Positions 1 through 10,505 of a stretch of 45,652 nt of DNA are shown in pieces. The translations under genes and the position numbers were made by a program. Position 1 is the first letter of the stretch; each line of letters begins with the position of its first letter. Origin of the DNA: Flavobacteriales bacterium (GTDB lineage: Bacteria > Bacteroidota > Bacteroidia > Flavobacteriales_D > Sanyastnellaceae); the NCBI GenBank assembly GCA_031378885.1, contig JANNEQ010000119.1, positions 1 to 45,652 on the forward strand, written 5' to 3'. The notes under the pieces were generated by a model that was given only the letters and a program-made list of their open reading frames with translations, did no database searches and was not told the DNA's origin.

Positions 1-897
1 GCGCACTTCCAGTGCCGGGAGCATTCGTTACTACTTGTGTCTAGTTTTCAGCAAGCAGAGAGTAGTTTTGTTGTTTCATTTTTGTCTGTCGTTTTTGTTT
101 TTAGGTGAATCTTTGGTTCAGTTCGATTCGGGGTTTTACTACATAGATTGGGCGTGAACCAACGCAGATTACTACCTTGAAGGTATCGCCAGACACCCAC
201 CAGAACATAAAAGGCAGAAGAGAACACGCCCGTCGGGCGCATCATCCAATGCGTGCATGTTCTGATTGATTAAACTGGCGATTTTACAAGGTAAGAACCA
301 TTAGCGACGCGAATATTTTGGGATGGGTGACTAAGTCATGGTAGTATTATTTGGTGTTGTAGATAAAGGTTGAAAGCAATTGGTTACAATTTGTATTTTT
401 TCTAATACGAAACAAACGTAGGTAATCCAGATGGAAATGTCAAGATAAATTTTGGGGAATAATTTCAAAAATTACAACCCAATAAAAGTAGTTTTTAAAA
501 ATACCGTAGTGATATAACTTTTTTACCAAAGGATAATTGGCTTATTTGGGCTAATGCTGCATTGTAAGACTTACGAGTTAATAGAAATTTAAAACTCACC
601 TGTTGATCTGAGTTGTAAATTAGATTGATTATGCTATCGTCGCCATCCGCTTCAATAATCGAGTCCACTTTAACCGCATGGAGTAGTTATGTACAGATAA
701 CTTTACACTGAAGCTAACACCAATAGCAAAGATTACATTTGTCGATAGACTCGAAAACTGATTTGCATCCGGAACAACAATAACATGTATTTTTGAGATT
801 AAGAAATTGTTCAATCATTCCCGACCACATCCACAGTGGTCACATTTAGTCTGATGATGTCAGTGGTAAAGTCATAGTTTAACCAATTGATTCTGAA

Positions 898-1299
898 TTA
901 TCCCGGGAATGATAATTCTCTCCCTTCGCGGTTTTGTGAACCCAAAGTCCACCCATCTGTGGCGGTGGTCTCAAGCCAGATCGACCCTGATTTTCGAAAT
1001 ACCAGAATGGAAATTCCATACTCTTTTCTTATTAAGCTTTCTAATTCTGATACAGTAAGGTTGTCGGTTATTTCGATTTCGAACGAATTGTCTGTGATTT
1101 GAAACTCGTAAAGGCACCTGTCGAGATTAATGGGTTGTTGGTGCTTATTCCTGCCACCTTGCACTGCCTGCTTGAAGAACTCGATTTTCAGATATGGGAA
1201 ACGATTATTAAACTCAAGTTGTAGAGTGCGCAAACTTTTATTTTTTAACTGACTCAAGTTCATTTGGTTAATGTCTATGGCTTTATTGATTACGTGCAT
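898..1299 (-). CDS. hypothetical protein (133 aa)
   Basis: Intact ORF with no recognisable motifs. A + strand ORF at 887..1102 overlaps it and is less likely to be real. Confidence 0.35.
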   Translation of the reverse strand: MHVINKAIDINQMNLSQLKNKSLRTLQLEFNNRFPYLKIEFFKQAVQGGRNKHQQPINLDRCLYEFQITDNSFEIEITDNLTVSELESLIRKEYGISILVFRKSGSIWLETTATDGWTLGSQNREGRELSFPG

Positions 1300-1696
1300 T
1301 GTTGTATTTGCTTCTTCCTGGTAGCAATGAACTTAGTGCGGCTATAACACCCAAAACTTAGTGTTGGTATTACACCAGTGCGTTTGTTTATTTTTATTTT
1401 GAATATTGGATACAATTGAGATTGTTGATAAAATCAAAGGATGTTAGCAAATTACTTGTGCACAAATCGCTGTATTTCAAACTGCTCTACATTATTCGAA
1501 AGTCAAAAGTCGTTATGATACAACTTTATTGTCATGAGGATAGTCACCATATTGCTTGACTTTGGTCAGAAAAGTTATCCAAAAGAAAAAATAATTGAAA
1601 AAAAGTGCGTTAAACTTTATGCATATTTGCCGAAATATATCTCTTTAATCGGAGATAGAACAATTAAGAACTATCACAAAACTCTCACTTAGTATT

Positions 1697-1915
1697 ATGC
1701 AGTCCTTTACCCCAGAGGAAATGAAAACTCAAATTACATCTCTACAGACAGAAGTCGAACGACTTCAAACAGAACTCCAGATTCGGGAAGAACTCTTGCA
1801 GAATCTTGTTTCGTATGTTTATTCAGAAATGGGAGCCTCAGCCAAGGCTCTTAAACTGAGCAACAAAGAAAAAGGAGTTGAATTTTCAACTCCTGTAAGT
1901 ACGGAAAAAGTATGA
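1697..1915 (+). CDS. small hypothetical protein, predicted coiled-coil (72 aa)
   Basis: ORF with heptad-like sequence LQTEVERLQTELQIREELLQNL. No other support. Confidence 0.3.
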   Translation: MQSFTPEEMKTQITSLQTEVERLQTELQIREELLQNLVSYVYSEMGASAKALKLSNKEKGVEFSTPVSTEKV

Positions 1916-1964
1916 GGTATGGATTCTGATCGCCTTTTTGCGGGTGGTAACTTTCCAAAAATGA

Positions 1965-2855
1965 TTATGCAATTTCAACTTCCGCGCTGGAAACGGGAAG
2001 CTCTTTGTTTATTTTTTTAAATAGACCTTGAAGTACTTTGCCCGGGCCAACTTCTATTACGTCAGTACATCCATCTTCAAGCATTTGCCGCATGGTTTGT
2101 GTCCAGCGAACTGGTGCTGTAAGTTGGCTAATCAGGTTGGATCTTATTTCGTCAGGGTTCGTAACCCCTTTTGCGGTGACATTTTGATACACCGGACATT
2201 TGGGGCTATGGAATGAAGTTGCTGCAATAGCTGCTTCCAGTTCAATTCTTGCCGGTTCCATCAATGGACTGTGAAAAGCGCCTCCTACCTGAAGTTTCAG
2301 CGCTCGTTTTGCGCCGGCTGCTGTGAGTTTTGCACATGCCTCTTCGATGGCGGCAATTTCTCCGCTTATTACCAATTGCCCCGGGCAATTGTAATTGGCT
2401 GCTACCACTATGCCATCGACTTCTGCACAAATAGTTTCTACTATTTGATCCTCAAGCCCCAGTATGGCTGCCATTGTGGATGGATTGGCTTCGCATGCTT
2501 TCTGCATTGCCTCTGCACGGGCAAAAACGAGTTTCAAGGCATCTTCAAACTTTAAGGTACCATTGGCCACTAAAGCCGAAAACTCACCCAGACTGTGACC
2601 GGCTACCATGTCCGGCTGGAATGAGGAGCCAAGGCTCGATGCCAGTGTCACGCTATGAAGAAAGATGGCCGGTTGAGTTACCCTTGTCTGTTTGAGGTCT
2701 TCTTCTGATCCGCTGAACATCACATCGGTAAGGCGAAATCCTAAAATGTCGTTGGCTGTCTCCATCATTAATCTGGAGGATTCAAGCTGGTCATAAAGAT
2801 CCTTGCCCATTCCTGGAAATTGAGATCCCTGACCGGGAAATACATATGCTTTCAT
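1965..2855 (-). CDS. fabD: malonyl CoA-acyl carrier protein transacylase
   Basis: Starts MKAYVFPGQGSQFPGMGKDLYD and carries the GHSLGEFSALVANGTL active-site serine motif, both classic FabD. The six-frame ORF runs on to 2921, but the conserved start is the internal Met at 2853-2855. Confidence 0.9.
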   Translation of the reverse strand: MKAYVFPGQGSQFPGMGKDLYDQLESSRLMMETANDILGFRLTDVMFSGSEEDLKQTRVTQPAIFLHSVTLASSLGSSFQPDMVAGHSLGEFSALVANGTLKFEDALKLVFARAEAMQKACEANPSTMAAILGLEDQIVETICAEVDGIVVAANYNCPGQLVISGEIAAIEEACAKLTAAGAKRALKLQVGGAFHSPLMEPARIELEAAIAATSFHSPKCPVYQNVTAKGVTNPDEIRSNLISQLTAPVRWTQTMRQMLEDGCTDVIEVGPGKVLQGLFKKINKELPVSSAEVEIA

Positions 2856-3042
2856 ATTGCTTTGTTTTGGTCTTATGCGACGAATATACAACCTGAATTG
2901 ACATGGCTGATATTTGATCAAATTCTCTTTCAGACCTTAAACAATTGTTAAGTAATTTGGTCGGATAGCGCTAAGTCTCATTTTAGCCAAAGCTCTCAGG
3001 GGAGCAGAGCTTCATTGACAGGGGCAACAGATTCATCATGAT

Positions 3043-4317
3043 ATGAGCAGACGTACCATTGTAGTGGTTATTTTATTGGCAATTTTCTCGCTTGCGTCCA
3101 TTGTGGCAGGGCAGGTTTTTTGGGTGCGCAATGCGTTCAATATTCAGGAACGCCAGTTCAATGACCGGGTGGTAATTGCGCTTACCGGAGTGGTAGAAGA
3201 AATTTTAGTCCTGAATAAGGATTCTGCCGTAACGGAGCCTGTAAAACAAGTGGCCAATAATTATTTTGTGGCCAATATCAATGATACTCCACCACCTTAT
3301 CTATTGGAAAACCTGCTCAAAGAGGCATTCGAAAGAAGCAACCTCAATGAGGATTTCGAGTATGGAATATACGACTGCTTCACAGATTCAATTGTGTTTG
3401 GCGGGCATGTCTCTTTTTCTCCCGGCGCAACAACCCGAAAGGCAGAACAAATTCAAACATTGTCGGACTTTACTCCGGATGGGCACTACTTTGGAGTTTT
3501 TTTTCCGAATAAGTCCATTATCATCCTCAAACAACTCGACTTCTGGATGTACTCGAGCATGGTTATTATTCTCATCATTATTTTCTTCTCTTATGCCATT
3601 AGCATTATTCTACGTCAAAAGAGACTTTCTGAAGTGAAAGCAGATTTCGTCAATAATATGACCCACGAATTAAAGACGCCAATCTCAACGATCAGCCTGT
3701 CGGCCGATGCACTTACCAATCCTGCAATCACTCAGGATCCAATAAGACTGGGTAAGTATGTGTCCATTATTAAGAATGAAAATAACCGGCTAAAAAGCCA
3801 GGTAGAAAAGGTGCTTCAGATAGCCACCCTAAGTCCCAAGGATGTCAATATCAAATGGGAACAGGTGAACATGCACCAGCTAATTTCTACAGCCGTAGAA
3901 ACTTTTGTTGTCCGCATTGAAAATGAAGATGGAACCTTAAAGGCCGACCTAAATGCCGAACATTTTATCATTTATGGTGATGTCATTCATCTTACCAATG
4001 TAATTCACAACCTACTTGATAATGCGTGTAAATACAACGAAGACCAGCCAAATATAGTTATTCATACTTATAATAAAGGAGGTGATTTCTATATGGCCGT
4101 GCAAGACGATGGTATTGGAATAGAAAAGGAGCATATCAAAATGATCTTCGATAAATTCTATAGGGTTCCCACCGGAAATCTTCACGAGGTTAAAGGTTTT
4201 GGCCTGGGATTATTTTATGTACAAACCATTGTCAAAGCATTAAAAGGAAAAATATCAGTCGAAAGCCTTCCTGAAAAGGGAAGTACATTTACTTTAAAAT
4301 TCAAATACCTGAAATAA
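3043..4317 (+). CDS. two-component sensor histidine kinase
   Basis: N-terminal TM, a second TM, a HisKA H-box (MTHELKTPISTISLSADAL) and an HATPase_c region (NLLDNACKY...DDGIGI...GFGLGL). Confidence 0.85.
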   Translation: MSRRTIVVVILLAIFSLASIVAGQVFWVRNAFNIQERQFNDRVVIALTGVVEEILVLNKDSAVTEPVKQVANNYFVANINDTPPPYLLENLLKEAFERSNLNEDFEYGIYDCFTDSIVFGGHVSFSPGATTRKAEQIQTLSDFTPDGHYFGVFFPNKSIIILKQLDFWMYSSMVIILIIIFFSYAISIILRQKRLSEVKADFVNNMTHELKTPISTISLSADALTNPAITQDPIRLGKYVSIIKNENNRLKSQVEKVLQIATLSPKDVNIKWEQVNMHQLISTAVETFVVRIENEDGTLKADLNAEHFIIYGDVIHLTNVIHNLLDNACKYNEDQPNIVIHTYNKGGDFYMAVQDDGIGIEKEHIKMIFDKFYRVPTGNLHEVKGFGLGLFYVQTIVKALKGKISVESLPEKGSTFTLKFKYLK

Positions 4318-5027
4318 TGGAAATCGAAAACAAAAGTCATACAAAAATCCTGTTGGTTGAAGATGATTATAACCTGGGTTTTGTGGTTCAGGACACACTG
4401 AAATCAGAGGGATATAAAGTGCATCTCTGTAAAGATGGCAAAGAGGGTTTGCTTCAATTCAATAAAGAAGAATATGATCTGTGTTTGCTGGATGTAATGA
4501 TGCCCAAGAAAGACGGATTCAGCCTCGCGGAGGACATTCGAAAAATAAATACAGAAGTGCCTATTGTATTTCTTACAGCAAAAGGACAGGCTGAAGACAA
4601 AATAAAAGGTTTTAAGCTGGGAGGTGATGATTACATAACCAAACCTTTTAGCAGCGAGGAATTGCTTCTCAGAATAAAGGCTATTCTCAAAAGAAACCCA
4701 AAGGCCAAAGAAGAATCTAAATCAAAGAACAAATACCAGATCGGACTATTTCAATTTGATTCGGCGAATTACGAATTGCTCATCGGTGAAGAAAAAAAGA
4801 AGCTTACCCGAAAAGAATCGGAATTGCTGAAACTGCTTGCCGAGCATCAGGGTCATGTAATTGAAAGAGAAATCCTGGCCAATATGATCTGGGGCGACGA
4901 CAGTTATTTTGTGGGTAGAAGTATGGATGTTTTCATTACCAAATTGAGAAAGTACCTGAGCAACGATCCTACAATTTCAATTACCAATGTGCATGGAGTG
5001 GGCTTTCGCCTTGAAGTGAATAGATAA
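4317..5027 (+). CDS. DNA-binding response regulator, OmpR/winged-helix family
   Basis: Receiver domain (LLVEDD...LDVMMPKKDG...KPF) plus a C-terminal winged-helix (LTRKESELLKLL...VHGVGFRL). Its start overlaps the kinase stop by one base, so the two are translationally coupled. Confidence 0.9.
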   Translation: MEIENKSHTKILLVEDDYNLGFVVQDTLKSEGYKVHLCKDGKEGLLQFNKEEYDLCLLDVMMPKKDGFSLAEDIRKINTEVPIVFLTAKGQAEDKIKGFKLGGDDYITKPFSSEELLLRIKAILKRNPKAKEESKSKNKYQIGLFQFDSANYELLIGEEKKKLTRKESELLKLLAEHQGHVIEREILANMIWGDDSYFVGRSMDVFITKLRKYLSNDPTISITNVHGVGFRLEVNR

Positions 5028-5136
5028 TTTTGAATTTCAGTTCTTTAGGGCAGGAAGATTGGATTCACCAGGCTGTTAAAACACTTTTCATTTTTTAACG
5101 CTCATTTAGTATTTTCGCCACAGTTAAAAAAATACT

Positions 5137-6267
5137 ATGCCGCACAAACACCAACTTCATATTTTATTGGGATGCGCTGATGCACGCGATCTCAGCCAGC
5201 TTCAACTGGATACTGTCAATTCCAAAATCCGTGATTATGCCATTAAAGGTAAAAAGGTCCAAATGCAGGTCATTCGGGCTGCCGGTTCTTTTGTAAGCCC
5301 GGATGTTTACCAGGACATCAAAAATATCATATTGACTTATCAGAAAGAGATACCGGCAGATTTTGCAGAAGAGGGATATTATGTGCATATTCAAAGCCAT
5401 GGACATCTCACAGAAGACAGCAATACGGATTACATATCGCATATATATGATATGAAAATTGTAGAAGGCTCACCACTCAATTGTGGTATGCTTGGAGCAA
5501 GCACCGTTGGAGTTGAAATCGAAGAATTGATTCTTGAAAATAAACTTACTTATAAGACGGCCTCAGGCGAAAACACGGTTAACAATGATCAGGATTTGCG
5601 CGAGTTGCTGCGGTCAGTATATGCCTACGATGGCTTTCTTGCAGGCGATTGGATCAAAAGTATTGACTTGCTGAGAACACATCCACGGGCCCAAAAAAGC
5701 GCACTTGAAAAAATGATAGCCCGCGATCCTGATTTGAAAAGGCTCGACATCAAAATTACTGCGGGCATTCAGGATTATAGCATTCATGGGCTGATCCGAT
5801 TGGATGGTGGTGAGCCCAAATCAATGTTTTGGGATGAAGTTCAACAGGAGATTCGCGAGAAGGCTAAAGATCGGCTTGAAGAATTGAAGTCGCAAAATGA
5901 AAAACAAAAGCCCATGGCAGGATTGATTTGTATGGCCGATCCCCGAGCAACTTCACGAACGATGGCTGCCAAATACTATTACCATTATAAAGGTTTGGAA
6001 GAATCTTCTGCATACATGGCCAATACACTTTTTAATCTCACCGGAAGCACCTTCGATATTCCAAGCATTCCATTTGGCCCTTATGCGATTGCAGGTTTTT
6101 ATTACGCCGTAAAACATCTTGGACTAACAGACCAAATGGTCATGGGGCACGATCAGGCCCAGACCCATCGTGTCATGCATAAAATTCACTCAGATCCGAT
6201 TATGAATCTTATTGTGGAAAAATTTGGTGTGAATCTTATTCCGATCAACCACAATGATTTGGTTTGA
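5137..6267 (+). CDS. hypothetical protein with two CxDxR-like motifs (GCADARD and CMADPRA)
   Basis: Long intact ORF directly downstream of the two-component pair. The motifs recall the beta-carbonic-anhydrase CxDxR signature, but the HxxC partner motif is not convincingly present. Confidence 0.6.
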   Translation: MPHKHQLHILLGCADARDLSQLQLDTVNSKIRDYAIKGKKVQMQVIRAAGSFVSPDVYQDIKNIILTYQKEIPADFAEEGYYVHIQSHGHLTEDSNTDYISHIYDMKIVEGSPLNCGMLGASTVGVEIEELILENKLTYKTASGENTVNNDQDLRELLRSVYAYDGFLAGDWIKSIDLLRTHPRAQKSALEKMIARDPDLKRLDIKITAGIQDYSIHGLIRLDGGEPKSMFWDEVQQEIREKAKDRLEELKSQNEKQKPMAGLICMADPRATSRTMAAKYYYHYKGLEESSAYMANTLFNLTGSTFDIPSIPFGPYAIAGFYYAVKHLGLTDQMVMGHDQAQTHRVMHKIHSDPIMNLIVEKFGVNLIPINHNDLV

Positions 6268-6303
6268 TGCCGGATCGGTTTTGAATTTATTTCAATGTAT
6301 TTT

Positions 6304-7293
6304 TTATACAAGCAACACACTTCCCAGAAAGGCAATTAAGAAAAGTGTAATTTGTACAGAGATATAAATTGCAGATAGAAAAAGATATTTTATGGAGGTA
6401 ATGAGGTGACTATTTCCATAGAACCTTTTCAAAGAAATGTAATGATGAACTGCAAGAAATAACATTATTGCCAGGATAATAAAGGCAGATATTTTACCAA
6501 ATGCAAAGAAAAGTGCCCCTCCTGCAAAGAGCATCGTATGGGAGTGAATGGAGAATATAAAATGCTCTGTATAGAATAGTTTTTTCCTATAGTAAAAGAG
6601 ATTCAACAGTAAAGCATATACCGGCATCAGAACGAATCCGATAATAGACATAGCCTTGAGCAGGTTGTGCCCCATGGCTTGGGCGCCATCGGGCTCTTGT
6701 TCGATTTTGACCATTTTTTTAAGTAGTGCTCGCTCAATAAAACTATGTGATCCCGATTGTGCATCCAATAATGAATCCAGTGATGCGTCACCCCGATAAT
6801 AGCAATGGCGCAATTCGCGCCTTGTAACCTGAAAATCGCCTAGAGTAAATGAGGCCAGATCATCGAGCCGCATATCAGTTGACCAAAGCTCATCAAGTTT
6901 TTTATCCTGCTCAATATAAGATTCTGGCTCTGTTCGTGTTCTATGTTCTTTCCTTAGACCAAGCGCAAGAAAAAAGATAAAACTCACAAAAAGATACATT
7001 CGCACAGGAGGCATAAACTTGGTTCGGTGTCCAGCAACAAACTCTTTTGATAAAATGCCAGGTTTGGCAATAAGGTACTTCGTAGTGATCCAGAATTTTC
7101 CTTCGAAATGTAAAATTCCCTCAATAATTTCCATCAGCCAATGTCCGATCCCTGTGTGCAGATCCGTATTTTCCTGCCCGCAACTTGGGCAAAATTCATC
7201 GGCATCAGCTAACCCAAAGGTGTAATCGCAATTCAAACACTTTGGATGTTTCCGCCTTTTGTGGACAGGTTTTGACTTCAGGCCTGAAGACAT
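6304..7293 (-). CDS. zinc-ribbon membrane protein (DUF3667-like)
   Basis: N-terminal CLNCDYTF...CPSCGQEN zinc ribbon followed by several predicted TM helices. This architecture is typical of Bacteroidetes DUF3667 proteins. Confidence 0.6.
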   Translation of the reverse strand: MSSGLKSKPVHKRRKHPKCLNCDYTFGLADADEFCPSCGQENTDLHTGIGHWLMEIIEGILHFEGKFWITTKYLIAKPGILSKEFVAGHRTKFMPPVRMYLFVSFIFFLALGLRKEHRTRTEPESYIEQDKKLDELWSTDMRLDDLASFTLGDFQVTRRELRHCYYRGDASLDSLLDAQSGSHSFIERALLKKMVKIEQEPDGAQAMGHNLLKAMSIIGFVLMPVYALLLNLFYYRKKLFYTEHFIFSIHSHTMLFAGGALFFAFGKISAFIILAIMLFLAVHHYISLKRFYGNSHLITSIKYLFLSAIYISVQITLFLIAFLGSVLLV

Positions 7294-7483
7294 AGGTTAT
7301 TGATTTTGGTGCAAAATAATAAATATCACACGCTTATGGTTGTTTCTAATGTTATGAGCGGAAAAGATTGTCATTGGGCGGCCTTTGTTTGAGTATATAA
7401 GTACATTGAGCAACAGGCTTTGAACGTTGTTTTCTTTTGAAATCTCTTTTGAAAACTGGCTGTTTATTTTTTAAGTTATTGGT

Positions 7484-8533
7484 TTGACTGGAATTCTAAA
7501 TTACTATTCTTGCCTTATGTATGTAAATAGAAAAATACCTTTTAGGATCGTCTGGGCATTTGGCTGGTTCAACGTGATTGTTTTCACTTTGATTTCTTTA
7601 GGTGCCGTACTGTTGTTTGTCTATGCACGTTTCGACTGGATTGCCATTCCTTTTCTGCCTGTTTCTTTAATTGGAACATCAACAGTATTTTATATAGGTT
7701 TCAAAAATAACTCAAGCTACGATCGCCTCTGGGAAGCCCGAAGAATATGGGGATCTATTGTTAACGACAGCCGATCATGGGCGCCTTTTGTGCGCGATAT
7801 GGTGGGCAACCAATTCAGAACTGATCTCCTGCCACATGATGAACTTCAGAAATGGAGAGTCAAACTCATCAAAAGGCAAATCGCCTTCATACACGCGCTT
7901 CGTGTTCAAATGCGCAAACCACAACCCTGGGAGCACAATCAGGGCTACAACAATGCTTTTCGTGAGGTCTTTACTCCACATTTTGGTCCGGCCGATTTAA
8001 AAGAATCTATTCAATCTTTTTTGGATGAAAATGAATTGGAGAGAATTAGTGCTGCTCAAAATCCGGCATTGGCCATTCTTTCTTTACAAAGCCGCGACAT
8101 TGAGAATCTTCGCACCCTAAATGCAATCGATGATTTCAGACATGTCGAGTTACAGAAAATCGTGCAGAGTTTTGTCAACAACCAAGGCAGTTCAGAAAGA
8201 ATAAAGAACTTTCCTTTCCCACGCCAATATGCGTTTTTTAGTAGTGTTTTCGTTTGGATATTTGTCTGCCTTCTGCCTTTCTCATTACTGAAATCATTTA
8301 GCGAAGTAAGTCCTGAATTTGTCTGGATGGTTATTCCATTTTCGGTTCTGGCATCGTGGTTTCTGCTTACCATGGAATTGGTTGGTGATTACAGCGAAAA
8401 TCCATTCGAGTTTCTCATCAATGATGTTCCGCTTTCTACCATGTGCAGGAATGTAGAAATAGATTTACTGGATATTCTTCAGGAAAATAATTTACCTGAA
8501 AGATTTAAGGCTGTAAATGGAATTCAGTTATGA
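7484..8533 (+). CDS. bestrophin-like ion channel family protein (UPF0187/YneE)
   Basis: FKNNSSYDRLWEARRIWGSIVN matches the family's YDRWWEGR motif, with two TM pairs. An alternative start lies at the Met at 7517. Confidence 0.7.
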   Translation: MTGILNYYSCLMYVNRKIPFRIVWAFGWFNVIVFTLISLGAVLLFVYARFDWIAIPFLPVSLIGTSTVFYIGFKNNSSYDRLWEARRIWGSIVNDSRSWAPFVRDMVGNQFRTDLLPHDELQKWRVKLIKRQIAFIHALRVQMRKPQPWEHNQGYNNAFREVFTPHFGPADLKESIQSFLDENELERISAAQNPALAILSLQSRDIENLRTLNAIDDFRHVELQKIVQSFVNNQGSSERIKNFPFPRQYAFFSSVFVWIFVCLLPFSLLKSFSEVSPEFVWMVIPFSVLASWFLLTMELVGDYSENPFEFLINDVPLSTMCRNVEIDLLDILQENNLPERFKAVNGIQL

Positions 8534-8583
8534 TGATCAGTTGTGCGATCAGGCCTTTAATATCCACCTTTGTTTTATTTTGA

Positions 8584-9795
8584 TTGTTGTTGAATTTTAT
8601 GAAGTTGAAATGTAATATTCTTTTTGGACTTATATTGTTGTTCCTCATTGCCCTTATTGTTTCTTGTCAATCTGAAGAAACCAAAAAGAAAAAGGAACGG
8701 CAAGATCCACCGCCGGTGCATCCGTTAATGATGCAATGCGCCAGGAATTTTGATTCTTTTTTCAAATCTGAAATGCCCCTGACTGGTTCTCCCGGGGCTG
8801 CCTTTGTTATAGTAAAGGATTCTATAATTATTTATGTGGATTGCTGTGGTGTGAGGGAATTTGGTATGGGAGATCCTATAGATTCTAACACTGTTTTTAG
8901 AATTGGAAGTGTATCGAAAGGATTTACCGCAGTGCTTGCATCTATTCTGGCAGACAATGGCTTCTTTAGCTGGGATGATCCTGTAAAAAAATACATTACT
9001 GATTTCAACTTAAAAGATACAGCACAGGCAAATCGAGTTTTAGTAAAACATTTGTTGTCGCATTCTACAGGATTACCCAGGCACACTTTTACAGACTTGC
9101 TTGAAGACAGCTTGCCCATGCCGGAAATTAAAAAGAAACTTACCAGGGTAAATCTTCTTGCCAAAGAAGGGCAGGTCTTTGCCTATCAGAATTTTACTTA
9201 TTCTTTAATTGAAGAAGTTATACTCAAAGCTACCGGACGCAATTACAACGATTGGATGACAAGCGCCATCTTTCAACCCGGCGGACTTAAAACGGCCTCA
9301 TTGACCGGAGAGGAGTACTGCAGAAAGCCCAATTATGCACGGCCGCATAATATGCTTGATAGCAATGGATTTGAGGTAAGGCCACTGAATTGTAAATATT
9401 ATTATACCTCATCGGTAGGTGGAGTAAATGCCTCTATAATGGACATGGCCCAATGGCTAAAAATTATCCTGGGCAATCGTCAGGATATCGTATCAGACAA
9501 GGAGCTGGATTATATCTTTCAACCTTTCATTGATACAGGCGACGATGATTATTTTGGAATGGGAGATACTGTATCGAAGGTGGCCTATGGAATGGGTTGG
9601 CGTGTCTGGGATAATGGAAGTCGAAGAATCAACTTTCACTCAGGCTATGTCAACAATTTCAGAAGTGAAATTGCCATTGACCGCGCCAACAAAGTCGGAA
9701 TCTGCGTTCTTTTCAATTCCCAAAATTCAATGGCAAGAATGGTCACGCCGAAATTCTTTGAGTTTTTCGATCAGGTCAAGGATAGCTTGAAGTAA
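8584..9795 (+). CDS. serine hydrolase / beta-lactamase-family lipoprotein
   Basis: Lipoprotein signal (LIALIVSC) and the SxxK active-site motif FRIGSVSKGFTAV. Length and motif spacing fit the class C beta-lactamase/PBP fold. The true start may be the Met at 8599. Confidence 0.75.
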   Translation: MLLNFMKLKCNILFGLILLFLIALIVSCQSEETKKKKERQDPPPVHPLMMQCARNFDSFFKSEMPLTGSPGAAFVIVKDSIIIYVDCCGVREFGMGDPIDSNTVFRIGSVSKGFTAVLASILADNGFFSWDDPVKKYITDFNLKDTAQANRVLVKHLLSHSTGLPRHTFTDLLEDSLPMPEIKKKLTRVNLLAKEGQVFAYQNFTYSLIEEVILKATGRNYNDWMTSAIFQPGGLKTASLTGEEYCRKPNYARPHNMLDSNGFEVRPLNCKYYYTSSVGGVNASIMDMAQWLKIILGNRQDIVSDKELDYIFQPFIDTGDDDYFGMGDTVSKVAYGMGWRVWDNGSRRINFHSGYVNNFRSEIAIDRANKVGICVLFNSQNSMARMVTPKFFEFFDQVKDSLK

Positions 9796-9819
9796 ATTTT
9801 TCTGTGATTTAACCCGGAT

Positions 9820-10467
9820 TTAATTTAAAACAATCAATTTACCAGAAGCGACCACCACATTATCTTTTGTCAGTTGGAGGTAATAAAAATCATTCGCGAG
9901 ATTGTTTAGGTCAATGGTAGTTTTACCCGAAAAAATGCCCGGACTGATATTGACTAATTGCCCACTGGAATTGAACAAGTGCAATGCTGTTTTATCCAGG
10001 ACACCATATAAGATTATGGTGGCTGATCCGGAAGAGGGTACAGGATAAACTTCTAGCGAATATTCGGAAATCATCGGCAAATTTGCTATGCCATTGGCAA
10101 TACACGGATAACTAAGTTCGCAAACTATTTCATCGTAGGTGAAGTAAATTGTTCCTCCAAAATTTTCCGGAAATGAATCCACTATTGCAGTAACCTGGTA
10201 CACCGTTGTTGTACCGCCAAATTGCCCAAAAAAGTTCAGAATTCCGGTGGCCAGTGTATCGCCATTCTCATCTGTAATAAGAGAAATGTATGGATAATTA
10301 ATGAAGTCTGTATTACTGCCTTCCATGGCAAGTGAGATATTCCAGACATTATTAGCGTCTTCCTGAATATCGGTGATGCAAAATGAGTCACACGTAATTT
10401 GCTGCGCATGAGTGGTAAACCCAAGGAGAGTTACGGCCAGGAGAATCGGAAATTTCTCGAATTTCAT
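9820..10467 (-). CDS. secreted hypothetical protein with a T9SS type-A C-terminal sorting domain
   Basis: Signal peptide plus the C-terminal ...FYYLQLTKDNVVVASGKLIVLN Por secretion tail. Confidence 0.7.
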   Translation of the reverse strand: MKFEKFPILLAVTLLGFTTHAQQITCDSFCITDIQEDANNVWNISLAMEGSNTDFINYPYISLITDENGDTLATGILNFFGQFGGTTTVYQVTAIVDSFPENFGGTIYFTYDEIVCELSYPCIANGIANLPMISEYSLEVYPVPSSGSATIILYGVLDKTALHLFNSSGQLVNISPGIFSGKTTIDLNNLANDFYYLQLTKDNVVVASGKLIVLN

Positions 10468-10505
10468 AGAATTATTTTTTGATGAGTCAATTTATTTGAA
10501 TAATG

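Noticed and set aside
1-300. A possible structured RNA or gene fragment at the window's left edge, suggested by a GC-rich hairpin CGCCCGTCGGGCG near 223..237 and the absence of a convincing ORF.
   Set aside because: No recognisable RNA family signature (rRNA, tmRNA, RNase P or SRP motifs). It may be the truncated end of a feature lying outside the window, and I cannot support a call.
1965-2921. Longer FabD ORF with a 22-aa N-terminal extension (MIKYQPCQFRLYIRRIRPKQSN).
   Set aside because: The conserved FabD N-terminus begins at MKAYVFPGQGSQ. The extension is basic, low-complexity and unconserved, so the start was moved to 2855.
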